Of a stretch of DNA of 53,297 nucleotides, positions 17,517-26,393 are shown piece by piece. The notes under the pieces were generated by a model. It saw only the letters and a program-made list of their open reading frames with translations. It ran no database searches and was not told where the DNA came from. Positions within the stretch are counted from its first letter, which is position 1. Every line of letters starts with the position of its first letter. Both the position numbers and the translations under genes were made by a program. The stretch is taken from the NCBI GenBank assembly GCA_964514815.1, contig CAZERV010000004.1, forward strand, positions 1-53,297, written 5' to 3'. Origin of the DNA: an uncultured Spirochaetaceae bacterium. GTDB taxonomy: Bacteria > Spirochaetota > Spirochaetia > SZUA-6 > DRHE01.

Positions 17517-18664
17517 GAATTATTAGCCCTCAGCAGAAGTTGGTTATAATCCTTCCCCTCCTCACCTGACTCTCCCGGGCTGAGGTCTTGACCGAAGGCA
17601 ATGTTGTAGCCTATTCCACGGAACCTGGAGAGGCCAGTTTGCTTGAGGGTTGATTCGCTTATTTGGGCGGTGTCGATGCTCATTGGTTTTCGCACCAAGA
17701 CCGCTATTTCAATCCGTGTTTCGTTTAGATATATGGCTATATCGCGGCCTCTAAACATAATCAATAACTCCCCATTAACTTCAACTATCCCAATTTCCTC
17801 AAATTCCTTTAGGTACTCCGCAGCAGTCTTTCTCTTTGCAATTCCCGCATCCACGATAAACCGGCCCTTGGTGTAGGGCTGCCGGAATAGAATCACGATG
17901 AGTTCCTTGGAATATACACGACCTGGCAACTTTTCCTTTGCGACAAGACATGTCTTTTCCATCAGATCCCGGATCGCTGAAATCCTCTCTTTAGTAAACA
18001 AGGCTGTGTTCTCTACCGTATCGAGTATATAAAGAATCCATGGCTCCCACTCGGTATTTTCGGGGATTCGCCTTAATAGGTTATAGTACTTGCTCTTGTT
18101 TTCTATAATATATTTACTCAAATACAAAACCGACAGTTCCAGAAGACCCTTAAACAAGAGATAGAGGATATTGATGATTCTGCCTGTCCTGCCATTCCCA
18201 TTAGAAAAAGGATGAATCGATTCAAACTGGTAGTGAATCACTGCCAGTTTGATTAGCGGATCGATGGAGTCCTCAGCGTGAATGAAGTCTTCGAGATCCA
18301 TGAACAAATTTGTAGTCAAGACCGGACGTTTCTTGAGCGTAATGAAGCCTTCCCACAGTGCCTCCCGGTATCTCAAAACTTCTTTGGTAGCGGGATCAAT
18401 ATGAGCGGTACCGGCGGTGAACGCCCTGAAAAGTGCGTCGTTTGTAGTGATAATATTCTCAATCTCGGAACTCGCTTTTGCTTCCTGGAGAATAAGGGAA
18501 TTTACGAGAATGGATTGGTTTGGAATCTTCTCACCGAGCCCCTTGAGTTCAGCCAGCGCACCTCCGGCCGTAATCGTCTTTCTGAGTACTGCCTTTATTT
18601 CAATGTCTGCCTTTGGCGGAAGTAAAGGGAGATCGTTGCATGGCTTGCGTTGATCAAAACTCAT
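17513..18664 (-). CDS. Fic family protein (Fic_N + Fido domain), possibly internally deleted
   Basis: It has the Fic motif [12 protein letters not shown] and a Fic_N-type N-terminus ([17 protein letters not shown]). The start at 18664 overlaps the hsdM stop (ATGAGTTTTGA). It appears to lack about 40 aa between TTNLF and MDLEDFIH compared with typical family members, judged from memory of the family. Confidence 0.75.
   Translation of the reverse strand: MSFDQRKPCNDLPLLPPKADIEIKAVLRKTITAGGALAELKGLGEKIPNQSILVNSLILQEAKASSEIENIITTNDALFRAFTAGTAHIDPATKEVLRYREALWEGFITLKKRPVLTTNLFMDLEDFIHAEDSIDPLIKLAVIHYQFESIHPFSNGNGRTGRIINILYLLFKGLLELSVLYLSKYIIENKSKYYNLLRRIPENTEWEPWILYILDTVENTALFTKERISAIRDLMEKTCLVAKEKLPGRVYSKELIVILFRQPYTKGRFIVDAGIAKRKTAAEYLKEFEEIGIVEVNGELLIMFRGRDIAIYLNETRIEIAVLVRKPMSIDTAQISESTLKQTGLSRFRGIGYNIAFGQDLSPGESGEEGKDYNQLLLRANNS
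17516..17683 (-). pseudogene. Short second hsdR N-terminal remnant, read through as the tail of the Fic ORF
   Basis: The last 56 aa of ORF 17513-18709 ([51 protein letters not shown]) align by eye with the N-terminus of the hsdR ORF at 16256 (LTESNIEDVALSWFEDQGYAIIFGPDISPDGSDCERDEYDQVVL). Confidence 0.4.
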
Positions 18665-20197
18665 ATCCCAGTTCCTTAAGATTGGCCCTGATCGTTTTTT
18701 CAAGCTCATCCGATTTCACGAACTGCTCGCCTAGCTGGGCCGTCAGCCGTTCCATCTTCTCTTCAAACGGCTCACCATCATCCTTGACCTCCGCCGCGCC
18801 AACATACCGGCCCGGGGTGAGTACGTAGCCATGATCCTTGATCTCGTCGGTCTTAACACTCTTGCAGAAGCCGGGCGTGTCCTCATACTCGCCCACACCC
18901 TTCTCGCCTCGCCAGATATGATAGATGCCGGCGATTTTGTTGATTTCCTCATCAGTTAGCTCCCGGTGGGTGCGATCGATGAGGGTTCCCATCTTGCGGG
19001 CATCGATAAACAGGCTATGTCCGCTTCGATTGCTGAATTTGCAGTTTCTCTTATTGCGAGCCACAAACCAGAGGCAAACAGGTATTGGGGTGGTGTAAAA
19101 AAGCTGACCGGGCATGGCGATCATACAGTCTACGAGATCCGCCTCGATGATGCTCTTGCGGATTTCACCCTCGCCCCCCGTGTCAGTGGACATGGAACCG
19201 TTGGCCATAACGAAACCGGCTATGCCGGTCGGTGAAAGGTGATGGATAAAATGCTGAATCCAGGCGTAATTGGCATTGTTCACCGGTGGTAGGCCATGCT
19301 TCCAGCGAGCGTCCTCGCGCAAGCGCTCTCCGCCCCAGTCACTCATGTTGAAGGTGGATTGGCGAGGATGAAATCGGCCTTGATATCCTTGTGCAGGTCG
19401 TTGTGGAAGCTGTCCGCATGCCGGCCGCCCAGGTTTACGTCGATGCCCCGGATGGCCAGGTTCATCATGGCCAGCCGCCAGGTTGTGGGATTGGATTCCT
19501 GGCCGTATACGGCAATGTCGCCCACCCGGCCTCCGTGTTCTTTCACGAAACGCTCGCTCTGGACAAACATGCCGCCTGACCCACAGCACGGGTCAAAAAT
19601 GCGACCCTTGTAGGGTTCGAGCATCCGAACCAGCAGTTTGACCACGCACTGGGGCGTGTAGAACTCGCCGCCGCCTTTACCTTCTGCGGAGGCAAAACGT
19701 CCTAGAAAATACTCGTAGACCCGGCCCAGGATGTCATTTGAGCGGGAAGTATTGTCCTCTAAACAGATCTTGGCGATAATGTCGATGATCTCGCCCAGGC
19801 GGTGCTTTTCAAGTGAAGGGCGGGCGTAGTCCTTGGGTAAGACACCCTTGAGTTTCGGGTTCTCCTTTTCGATAGCCACCATGGCCTCGTCAACGAGCTT
19901 GCCGATGGTTGGCTGCTTGGCGCCGGCCTGGAGCTTGTCCCAACGGGCCTGCTTAGGAATCCAGAAGACATTGGCGGCCGCATATTCGTCGCGGTCTTCG
20001 GGGTCGGTGTATTCGGTCTCTCTGGCAGCCTCTAATTGCTTGTATTTCGCCTGGAATGTGTCAGATATGTATTTAAGGAAGATCAGCCCGAGAACCACAT
20101 GCTTGTACTCCGAGGCGTCCATGTGCCCCCGGAGCTTATCGGCCGCGGCCCATAACTGGTTTTCAAAGCCAAGATTGGCTCCGTTGTTATCTATCAT
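18654..20197 (-). pseudogene. hsdM: Type I R-M N6-adenine DNA methyltransferase (hsdM), frameshifted at the NPPF motif
   Basis: ORF 19343-20197 has the HsdM_N region and the SAM motif [10 protein letters not shown], and ends ...[11 protein letters not shown] 18654-19589 continues ...FNMSDWGG in another frame. The DNA reads CCACCTTCAAC where CCACCnTTCAAC would restore NPPFN. Confidence 0.85.
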
Positions 20198-20939
20198 ACT
20201 GCACCTTATCGTTTGTTTATTCCAAATATGGACGTCAGTATCCCTATGTCGGTGAAGTTGTAAAAGTTATCCATTTTTCTCTCTTCTACAACAATATTAG
20301 ATCAAGAACAGTGGAAAAGCAATCATAGGGAATCTATCGCTGCATGACAGAGACGAGTCGCCCAGGTCGAACAGAGGATGGCAGTAGAATAACAGGGTTA
20401 AAACACTGGCTGCGAACTAACTAAATAATAACGATTTAGATAAATTATTTTGGCATTTTTCAGAAATCAGTTTATAAATTTGAATAAAAAATCCCTCCCA
20501 GTAAAGGTGAAACTTGCCGGTGATTCCGGGAATATGTTGCCACTTAAACGCTCATCCAAATTCCCTCACGCATTCAATAACAAAGCCGGGAGTTTTAAGA
20601 CAATAGGGCCGAGTATATTCGAACCCCGGTAAGGTTTGCCCGGAGCTTGCGAGGATACCTGGTCCGTTTTAAGGGGCACTTTCCGCGACCGATGCCTTAA
20701 CCGGAATCCTCTGGTATCAATAAGAAGTGCTTCTCAGGTAGAGCTCTCTAATAGAGCTACCTGGAAAAATTATACGTATAGCGCTTCATTGGGGAATTTT
20801 GGAAAAATAGACGCATGAATTTATTTTTCCATTTTTTTTGTAAAAACTGACGCCCAGGACTCGTTTTCAAGCCCGATCTGCGCGGAAATCCGAAAAAAAT
20901 AGAAGCAAGGCATCTATTTTTCCAGTTTCTACAGTGGTT

Positions 20940-21053
20940 TATGCAATACCACTCAAAAATCTTGTTTTTAACAAGATTTTTGCAATATGGTTTCACAACC
21001 CCCCCCGCAGGGGAGTGTTGCGGAGTCTATTGCGGTCGAAGACCGCAATAGGG
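20940..21053 (+). repeat. Two-hairpin repeat element, copy A
   Basis: It shares ATGCAATACC(A/G)CTCAAAAATCTTG...CAAGATTTTTG and CGGAGTC(T/C)ATTGCGGTCGAAGAC(C/T)GCAAT(A/G)GG with 35472-35559. Hairpin 1 lies at 20954-20980 (12-bp perfect stem). Hairpin 2 lies at 21026-21050 (11-bp stem, GAA loop). Confidence 0.7.
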
Positions 21054-21368
21054 AAGCCGGCCGCGCTTACTCGCTTACTGGTACAAAGACCTGATGAACC
21101 TACCCATCGCCAGTCCTGTCTGTCCGACGGGACCGGTAGACACCGAAGACCCGCTCTTCATTCTCTGCTCTTGCGTAACTACCGGCCGGTCCAAAGGGGT
21201 TGTGCACACCCACGGCGGCTACATGGTCTATACTTAAAAAGCCGGCTCGGCCGCCCGTCACTTCTTCGGCATCGAGGTGGATGTGGTGAATGAAGTATGT
21301 TTGGATCATCGGCCGCATGGACGACGTGATAAAGGTAAACGGCTACGGGCTGCGAATGGCGGAGGTGG
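21050..21368 (+). pseudogene. acs: Mosaic relic of the acs 3' part
   Basis: Three blocks are collinear with the intact acs. 21050-21234 matches about 13444-13619, 21234-21295 matches about 14054-14115, and 21296-21368 matches about 14286-14358. By eye roughly nine in ten bases are identical. The intervening acs sequence is deleted, and an 8-bp tandem duplication (CTTACTCG CTTACTGG) lies near the 5' end. Confidence 0.85.
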
Positions 21369-21540
21369 TATTGTATACAAACATCCGGATTTTCGGTCTT
21401 CGGCAACAGCCTGACCGAGCTGCTTGTTACCAAGTTCTAGAGAACTTGAATAGACTCTATAGTATCGGCGATTAGACTGCAAGTTCGGCGATGCGGTTTT
21501 AGCGGCCCACGTTGAAATTTCGAAAATTTCTTTAAGGAAG

Positions 21541-21587
21541 CACTTGACTAATATTTAATTCGGTATTAATCTTAACTAAGTCAAGTG
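21541..21587 (+). promoter_or_regulatory. Candidate promoter of the Rrf2-cysK operon, bracketed by a 9-bp inverted repeat
   Basis: TTGACT (21544-21549)-17 nt-TAATCT. CACTTGACT (21541-21549) and AGTCAAGTG (21579-21587) form a perfect inverted repeat around it. Confidence 0.4.
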
Positions 21588-21601
21588 AGAAGGAGGAGTA
21601 T

Positions 21602-22015
21602 TTGCTTACGATTTCAGCCAAGGGGGTCTACGGATTAACCGCCGTTTCAGAGTTGGGAGTCAATTACAACCGGGGTCCTATCCAGATCAGGGACATTGCC
21701 GAAGCGCACGGTATTCCCAGGCACTACCTGGAGCAGCTATTGGTCATCTTGAAGAAAGCCGGGTTGGTGGAAAGCTTTCGCGGCTCCCAGGGGGGCTATG
21801 CCCTGGCCAGGAATCCGGGCCGGATCAGGGTTTCCGAGATACTGACCTGCCTGGAAGGGGAGCTTACCATAATCCCTGAGCAGAAAAAGAACGGGGCGCT
21901 CAAGTTTTTCTGGAGCAGGCTGGAGAGAGAAATAGCGGAGATCATCGAGTTGACTCTGGAAGAGTTGCTTTTAGAAAGGCAGAGATACGAAAAACAACTC
22001 ATCTACAGCATCTGA
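21602..22015 (+). CDS. Rrf2 family transcriptional regulator (CymR-like, no Fe-S Cys triad)
   Basis: 137 aa with the Rrf2 wHTH signature ([38 protein letters not shown]). There is only one Cys. It uses a TTG start after the RBS GGAGGAG. Confidence 0.8.
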   Translation: MLTISAKGVYGLTAVSELGVNYNRGPIQIRDIAEAHGIPRHYLEQLLVILKKAGLVESFRGSQGGYALARNPGRIRVSEILTCLEGELTIIPEQKKNGALKFFWSRLEREIAEIIELTLEELLLERQRYEKQLIYSI

Positions 22016-22028
22016 GGAGAGGAGCAGC

Positions 22029-22955
22029 ATGAGAATTGCGGAAGATGTCAGCAAATTGATCGGCAGGACCCCTTTGGTGAAGCTCAAGCATATCGGCGGC
22101 GACTGCGGGGCGGATCTGGTTGGAAAACTGGAGTTCTTCAATCCCTGCGGTTCCGTCAAAGACCGCATCGGCTTTGCCATGATAGAGGATGCGGAGAAAA
22201 GAGGGTTGATCAACAAGAACACGGTCCTGATTGAGCCGACCAGCGGGAATACGGGGATCGCCCTGGCCTTCATATGTGCCGTTAAAGGTTACAGGCTGGT
22301 CCTGACCATGCCCGATACCATGAGCTCAGAGAGAAGAAGCCTCTTAAAGGCCTTCGGGGCGGAGATAGAGCTCACCCCGGGCCATCTGGGGATGCAGGGC
22401 TCAATAGACCGGGCGGAGGAATTGAACGGGAAAATCAAGAACTCCCTGATTCTGCAGCAGTTCAGGAATAAGGCTAATCCTGAAATTCACAGGAAGACCA
22501 CCGCCGAAGAGATCTGGCAGGATACGGATGGCAAGATCGATATCCTGGTGGCCGGTGTCGGCACCGGGGGGACAATTACCGGGGTCGCGGAGGTCTTGAG
22601 AAAGAGAAAGCCCTCCCTGACCGTTATTGCCGTGGAGCCGAAGGACTCACCGGTCCTGTCCGGCGGAATGCCGGGGCCCCATATGGTTCAGGGCATTGGG
22701 GCCGGTTTTATTCCCGATATTCTGAACCGGGAAATGATCGATGAGATTATCCAGGTAGAAAACGAGGAGGCTTTCGCCCTGGCCAGGCGCCTGGCCAGTG
22801 AAGAGGGGCTTTTGGCCGGCATCTCTTCCGGTGCCGCCGTCCACGCCGCCTTAAGAGTTGCCGGGAGAAACGAAAATAAAGGAAAGATGATCGTGGTCAT
22901 TCTCCCGGATACGGGTGAGAGATATCTCAGCACGACCCTCTTTCAAAGAGATTGA
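22029..22955 (+). CDS. cysK: Cysteine synthase (O-acetylserine sulfhydrylase, CysK/CysM family)
   Basis: 308 aa with the PLP-Lys context [11 protein letters not shown], the substrate loop TSGNTG and the [10 protein letters not shown] glycine loop. Confidence 0.9.
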   Translation: MRIAEDVSKLIGRTPLVKLKHIGGDCGADLVGKLEFFNPCGSVKDRIGFAMIEDAEKRGLINKNTVLIEPTSGNTGIALAFICAVKGYRLVLTMPDTMSSERRSLLKAFGAEIELTPGHLGMQGSIDRAEELNGKIKNSLILQQFRNKANPEIHRKTTAEEIWQDTDGKIDILVAGVGTGGTITGVAEVLRKRKPSLTVIAVEPKDSPVLSGGMPGPHMVQGIGAGFIPDILNREMIDEIIQVENEEAFALARRLASEEGLLAGISSGAAVHAALRVAGRNENKGKMIVVILPDTGERYLSTTLFQRD

Positions 22956-22978
22956 AAAACATAACTATTGGGGGAATC

Positions 22979-23197
22979 ATGAAGCTTCTTATTAATCGCA
23001 AAGAGGAAAACCTGGACCAGGAGAAAATTTCCATTATCGAATTGCTCAAAGTCAAAGATGTGAAGATGCCTGAGAGCGTGTCCGTCCAGTTGAATGGGGA
23101 CATTCTGAAGCGGAACGAGTTTGCCACCACTTATCTGAAGGATAATGACCGGGTCGAGTTTCTCTATTTTATGGGCGGCGGAGAAAATGATTCATGA
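22979..23197 (+). CDS. ThiS/MoaD-family sulfur-carrier protein with a C-terminal extension after GG
   Basis: 72 aa with a beta-grasp-like sequence ending ...FLYFMGGGENDS. The start is set at the ATG after GGGGGA. The stop overlaps the metY start (ATGA). Confidence 0.7.
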   Translation: MKLLINRKEENLDQEKISIIELLKVKDVKMPESVSVQLNGDILKRNEFATTYLKDNDRVEFLYFMGGGENDS

Positions 23198-24444
23198 CCG
23201 CATGGGACTTTGACACAAAAGCAATCCACAGCGGTATCGATCCTGCCCGGCACCAGGGCTCTACTTCCATCCCCGTCTATGAGACCACCTCCTTTGCCTA
23301 CGACAGTGCCCGGGATTTGGCGGATGTCTTTGAGGGGAAAAAGTTCGGTTACATCTATTCCCGCATTTCCAACCCGACGGTGGCCGCTTTCGAACAGAAG
23401 ATTAATGCCCTGGAAAACGGAATGGGGGCTATCGCCGCTTCCTCGGGAATGGCTGCCATCTCCACTGTTTTATTCTCCCTGACCGGGCAGGGCGATGAGA
23501 TCGTTTCCAGCAAGAGCCTCTTTGGGGGCACTCTACACCTCTTTAACAGGATTTTGAAGAAGTATGGAGTCCGAATTCGCTTTTTCGATCCCCTGGATCT
23601 CGAGGCTTTAAGAGGCGCGATTACGGGCAGGACAAAACTGATTTTCGTCGAGACCATCGGAAACCCCAGGCTCGATATCCCGGATATCGGGAGCATGGCG
23701 AAGCTGGCCGTAGAGAACAACATTCCCCTGGTTGTGGACAGCACCTTGACGACTCCCTACCTCTTCAAGGCCAAGGATTTCGGCGCCGCTTTAGTCATTC
23801 ATTCCTCCACCAAGTACATCACCGGGAACGGCAACACTATCGGCGGCGTTATCATTGATCTCGGTAATTTTGATTGGCAGGGCAGCCGGGACGGCGAGCT
23901 TAAGGCCATGGCCGGGAGTATCGGCAGTGATTTCGCCTTTCTCTCCCTGGCCAGGAGGCACATTCTGGAGAATACGGGCTGCTGCCTCTCGCCTTTCAAT
24001 GCCTACCTGCAGTTTCTCGGCCTGGAAACCCTCTCCTTGAGGATGGAGAGACACTGCAGCAATGCCCTGGCCCTGGCGGAACGCCTTAAGGGCCGCCCCG
24101 AAATCATCGAAGTGAACTACCCGGGGCTGGAAGACGATCCCTGTTTTGAGAGGGCCCGGTCTCAATTCGGGGGAAAATTCGGCGGGCTTCTCACCTTTAA
24201 GCTCGGTTCCAGGGAACGCTGTTTCGCCTTGATCGACAATCTGAAACTGGTCAAGAACCTGGCCAACCTGGGGGACGCCAAGACCTTAATCATTCACCCG
24301 GCCTCGACAATCTATCACGACTGCTCAAAAGAGGAGATGGCTCAAGCCGGAGTAAGCGATGACCTGCTGCGAGTTTCGGTCGGGATTGAAAGCATAACAG
24401 ATATTATTGCTGATTTTGAACAAGCTTTGAAGGAGGCCTGCTGA
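23194..24444 (+). CDS. metY: O-acetylhomoserine sulfhydrylase-like PLP enzyme (MetY family)
   Basis: 416 aa from the Cys/Met-metabolism PLP family, with PLP-Lys context HSSTKYITGNG and N-terminal IHSG...TSIPVYETTSF. Confidence 0.85.
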   Translation: MTAWDFDTKAIHSGIDPARHQGSTSIPVYETTSFAYDSARDLADVFEGKKFGYIYSRISNPTVAAFEQKINALENGMGAIAASSGMAAISTVLFSLTGQGDEIVSSKSLFGGTLHLFNRILKKYGVRIRFFDPLDLEALRGAITGRTKLIFVETIGNPRLDIPDIGSMAKLAVENNIPLVVDSTLTTPYLFKAKDFGAALVIHSSTKYITGNGNTIGGVIIDLGNFDWQGSRDGELKAMAGSIGSDFAFLSLARRHILENTGCCLSPFNAYLQFLGLETLSLRMERHCSNALALAERLKGRPEIIEVNYPGLEDDPCFERARSQFGGKFGGLLTFKLGSRERCFALIDNLKLVKNLANLGDAKTLIIHPASTIYHDCSKEEMAQAGVSDDLLRVSVGIESITDIIADFEQALKEAC

Positions 24445-25256
24445 TGGCTCTAACGGAAGACCAGATAAGAAGGTACAGCCGTCACATAATACTCAAGGAT
24501 GTAGGCGGCATCGGTCAGGATAAATTGCTCGACGCCAGGGTGCTGGTTATCGGGGCCGGGGGATTAGGCTCTCCCATCGCCCTTTACCTGGCCGCAGCCG
24601 GCGTTGGGACCCTGGGCATTGTTGATGATGATACTGTCGAATTAAGCAACCTGCAGAGGCAGGTGATCCATTTCACCCCCGACCTGGACAAACCCAAGGT
24701 GGAATCGGCTAAAGAGAAGCTGGAAAAAATCAATCCTGATGTGAAGATCAATATTTATCAGGAAAGGGTTAATGCGGAAAATATTTCCGACCTGATCCGA
24801 GACTATGATTTCATTGCCGAAGGCACGGATAATTTTCCTTCGAAGTTCCTGATCAACGACGCCTGCGTGTTTTTAGACAAGCCCTTTTCTCAGGGCGGCA
24901 TCCTTCGTTTTACGGGCCAGACCATGACCCACCTGCCGGGCACCGCCTGTTACCGCTGTGTTTTTGAATCACCGCCGCCTAAAGGCGCCGTTCCCAGCTG
25001 CAGCGAAGCCGGAGTCCTGGGTGCGGTGGCCGGAATGTTGGGCACCATCCAGGCGGCCGAAGTCTTGAGGTATTTTCTGGGCATCGGCAAGCTCTTAACA
25101 AACAGGATTCTGATGTTCGACGCTCTCAACATGGAGTACAGCACGGTGGACCTGAAAAGAAATCCGGAATGTCCTGTCTGCGGGGAGAATCCGACCATTA
25201 CCGAGCTCATGGAAACTGAGCAGCCGGTCTGTGATTTAAGCCCCGAGGCCGTTTAG
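24444..25256 (+). CDS. ThiF/MoeB/HesA-family E1-like adenylyltransferase
   Basis: 270 aa with RYSRHIIL, the nucleotide loop VIGAGGLGS, and CxxC pairs (CYRC, CPVC). Its start overlaps the metY stop. Confidence 0.85.
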   Translation: MALTEDQIRRYSRHIILKDVGGIGQDKLLDARVLVIGAGGLGSPIALYLAAAGVGTLGIVDDDTVELSNLQRQVIHFTPDLDKPKVESAKEKLEKINPDVKINIYQERVNAENISDLIRDYDFIAEGTDNFPSKFLINDACVFLDKPFSQGGILRFTGQTMTHLPGTACYRCVFESPPPKGAVPSCSEAGVLGAVAGMLGTIQAAEVLRYFLGIGKLLTNRILMFDALNMEYSTVDLKRNPECPVCGENPTITELMETEQPVCDLSPEAV

Positions 25257-25270
25257 GAGGTACATAACGT

Positions 25271-25741
25271 ATGAAGAAACTTTCCATAATCTGCTTTAGC
25301 GGCGATTTTGACCGGGCGGTGGCGGCCTTTACCCTGGCCTCCGGAGCGGCCGCCGTAAACTACCAGGTGAACCTCTTTTTTACCTTCTGGGGGCTCAATA
25401 TCATAAAAAACAAAAAGGGAAGGGGCTTTACCGGTAAAGGCGTCCTGGCCAGGAGTTTTAATTTCCTGGCCGGGGGCTTTAAGAACCTGCCCATGAGCCG
25501 GCTCAACTTCTTAGGAGCCAGCCCTAAAATCATGACCTACCTGATGAAAAAACGGAACGTTGCCACCCTGGCGGAGCTGCTTCAGGCAGCCCTGGCCTTA
25601 AAGGTGAACCTGTATGCCTGTGAAATGTCGATGAACATCCTGGACATTAAAAGAGAAGATTTTATCCCTGAGATCAAGGAGGTTTTGGGGGTAGCCAAAT
25701 TCCTGGAACTTTCGGAAAACGGCCAGACCCTGTTTATTTAG
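25271..25741 (+). CDS. DsrE/DsrF-like sulfur relay family protein (DrsE_2-type)
   Basis: 156 aa with N-terminal KLSIICFSGDFDRAVAAF and a conserved Cys in LYACEMSM. Confidence 0.65.
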   Translation: MKKLSIICFSGDFDRAVAAFTLASGAAAVNYQVNLFFTFWGLNIIKNKKGRGFTGKGVLARSFNFLAGGFKNLPMSRLNFLGASPKIMTYLMKKRNVATLAELLQAALALKVNLYACEMSMNILDIKREDFIPEIKEVLGVAKFLELSENGQTLFI

Positions 25742-25743
25742 CC

Positions 25744-25968
25744 ATGAAGAAATATTTCCTGGACATTTCAAAAGAACACTGCCCCATGACCTTCGTGAAG
25801 GCCAAGCTGGAACTGGAAAGATTAAAAGCGGGCGAACAGCTTGAAGTTTTGCTCACCGAAGGGGAGCCCCTGGAGAATGTGCCGAGGAGCGCGGAAGAGC
25901 AGGGTTTTACTGTTTTGGAGACCGTGCAGGTGGAAAATGAGCTCTACCGGGTGCTGATTGAGAAATGA
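25744..25968 (+). CDS. tusA: TusA/SirA-family sulfurtransferase
   Basis: 74 aa with the CPMTFVKAK (CPxP-type) active-site motif. Confidence 0.8.
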   Translation: MKKYFLDISKEHCPMTFVKAKLELERLKAGEQLEVLLTEGEPLENVPRSAEEQGFTVLETVQVENELYRVLIEK

Positions 25969-25980
25969 TTCGAGAGAGAA

Positions 25981-26385
25981 ATGATAAGAATACCGGAAGC
26001 GATTTTAGCCGTAATTAGAAAGCTGGCCGAGGAGAATCCTCATATAGAGACCTGCGGCTACCTGGCCGGCAATGGTGAAGAGGTGAAGGAGATCTTTCCT
26101 ATGACCAATATGGACCAGAGCCCGGAGCACTTTACCTTTGTTCCGGAAGAGCAGTTTTCCGTTTTAGATAAGGCGGGGGAGGCAGGTCTCGAGCTCATCG
26201 GTGTCTATCACAGTCATCCGGCCTCTCCGGCCAGGATGTCGGTTGAGGATATCAGACTGGCCTACGATACGAGCGTCTTCTACCTGGTCTATTCCCTGCT
26301 GACAAAGGAGCTGAAGGCTTTCAGAGTAGATCGGGAAAAAGGGGTCACCGAAGTTCCGGCAGAAATAATACCCGAGGGGAGGTAA
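25981..26385 (+). CDS. JAMM/MPN+ metalloprotease (Mov34 family)
   Basis: 134 aa with E..G (ETCGYLAG) and the HSHPASPARMSVED JAMM motif. Confidence 0.85.
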   Translation: MIRIPEAILAVIRKLAEENPHIETCGYLAGNGEEVKEIFPMTNMDQSPEHFTFVPEEQFSVLDKAGEAGLELIGVYHSHPASPARMSVEDIRLAYDTSVFYLVYSLLTKELKAFRVDREKGVTEVPAEIIPEGR

Positions 26386-26393
26386 GAGAAAAT

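Noticed and set aside
20198-20939. Small ORFs (20450-20632, 20636-20818, 20757-20996) and a ~15-bp inverted repeat, TGGAAAAATAGACGC / GCATCTATTTTTCCA (about 20799-20813 and 20909-20925), between hsdM and the hairpin element.
   Set aside because: The translations have no recognisable motifs and no convincing RBS. The region looks like decayed non-coding island DNA. The inverted repeat is noted, but I could not tie it to any element or gene.
21026-21050. The hairpin CTATTGCGGTC-GAA-GACCGCAATAG and its relative at 35534-35558 look like CRISPR repeats.
   Set aside because: There are only two copies, 14.5 kb apart. They have no regular spacer-repeat array and no cas genes. Each is embedded in a longer conserved element, so I treated them as a dispersed structured repeat.
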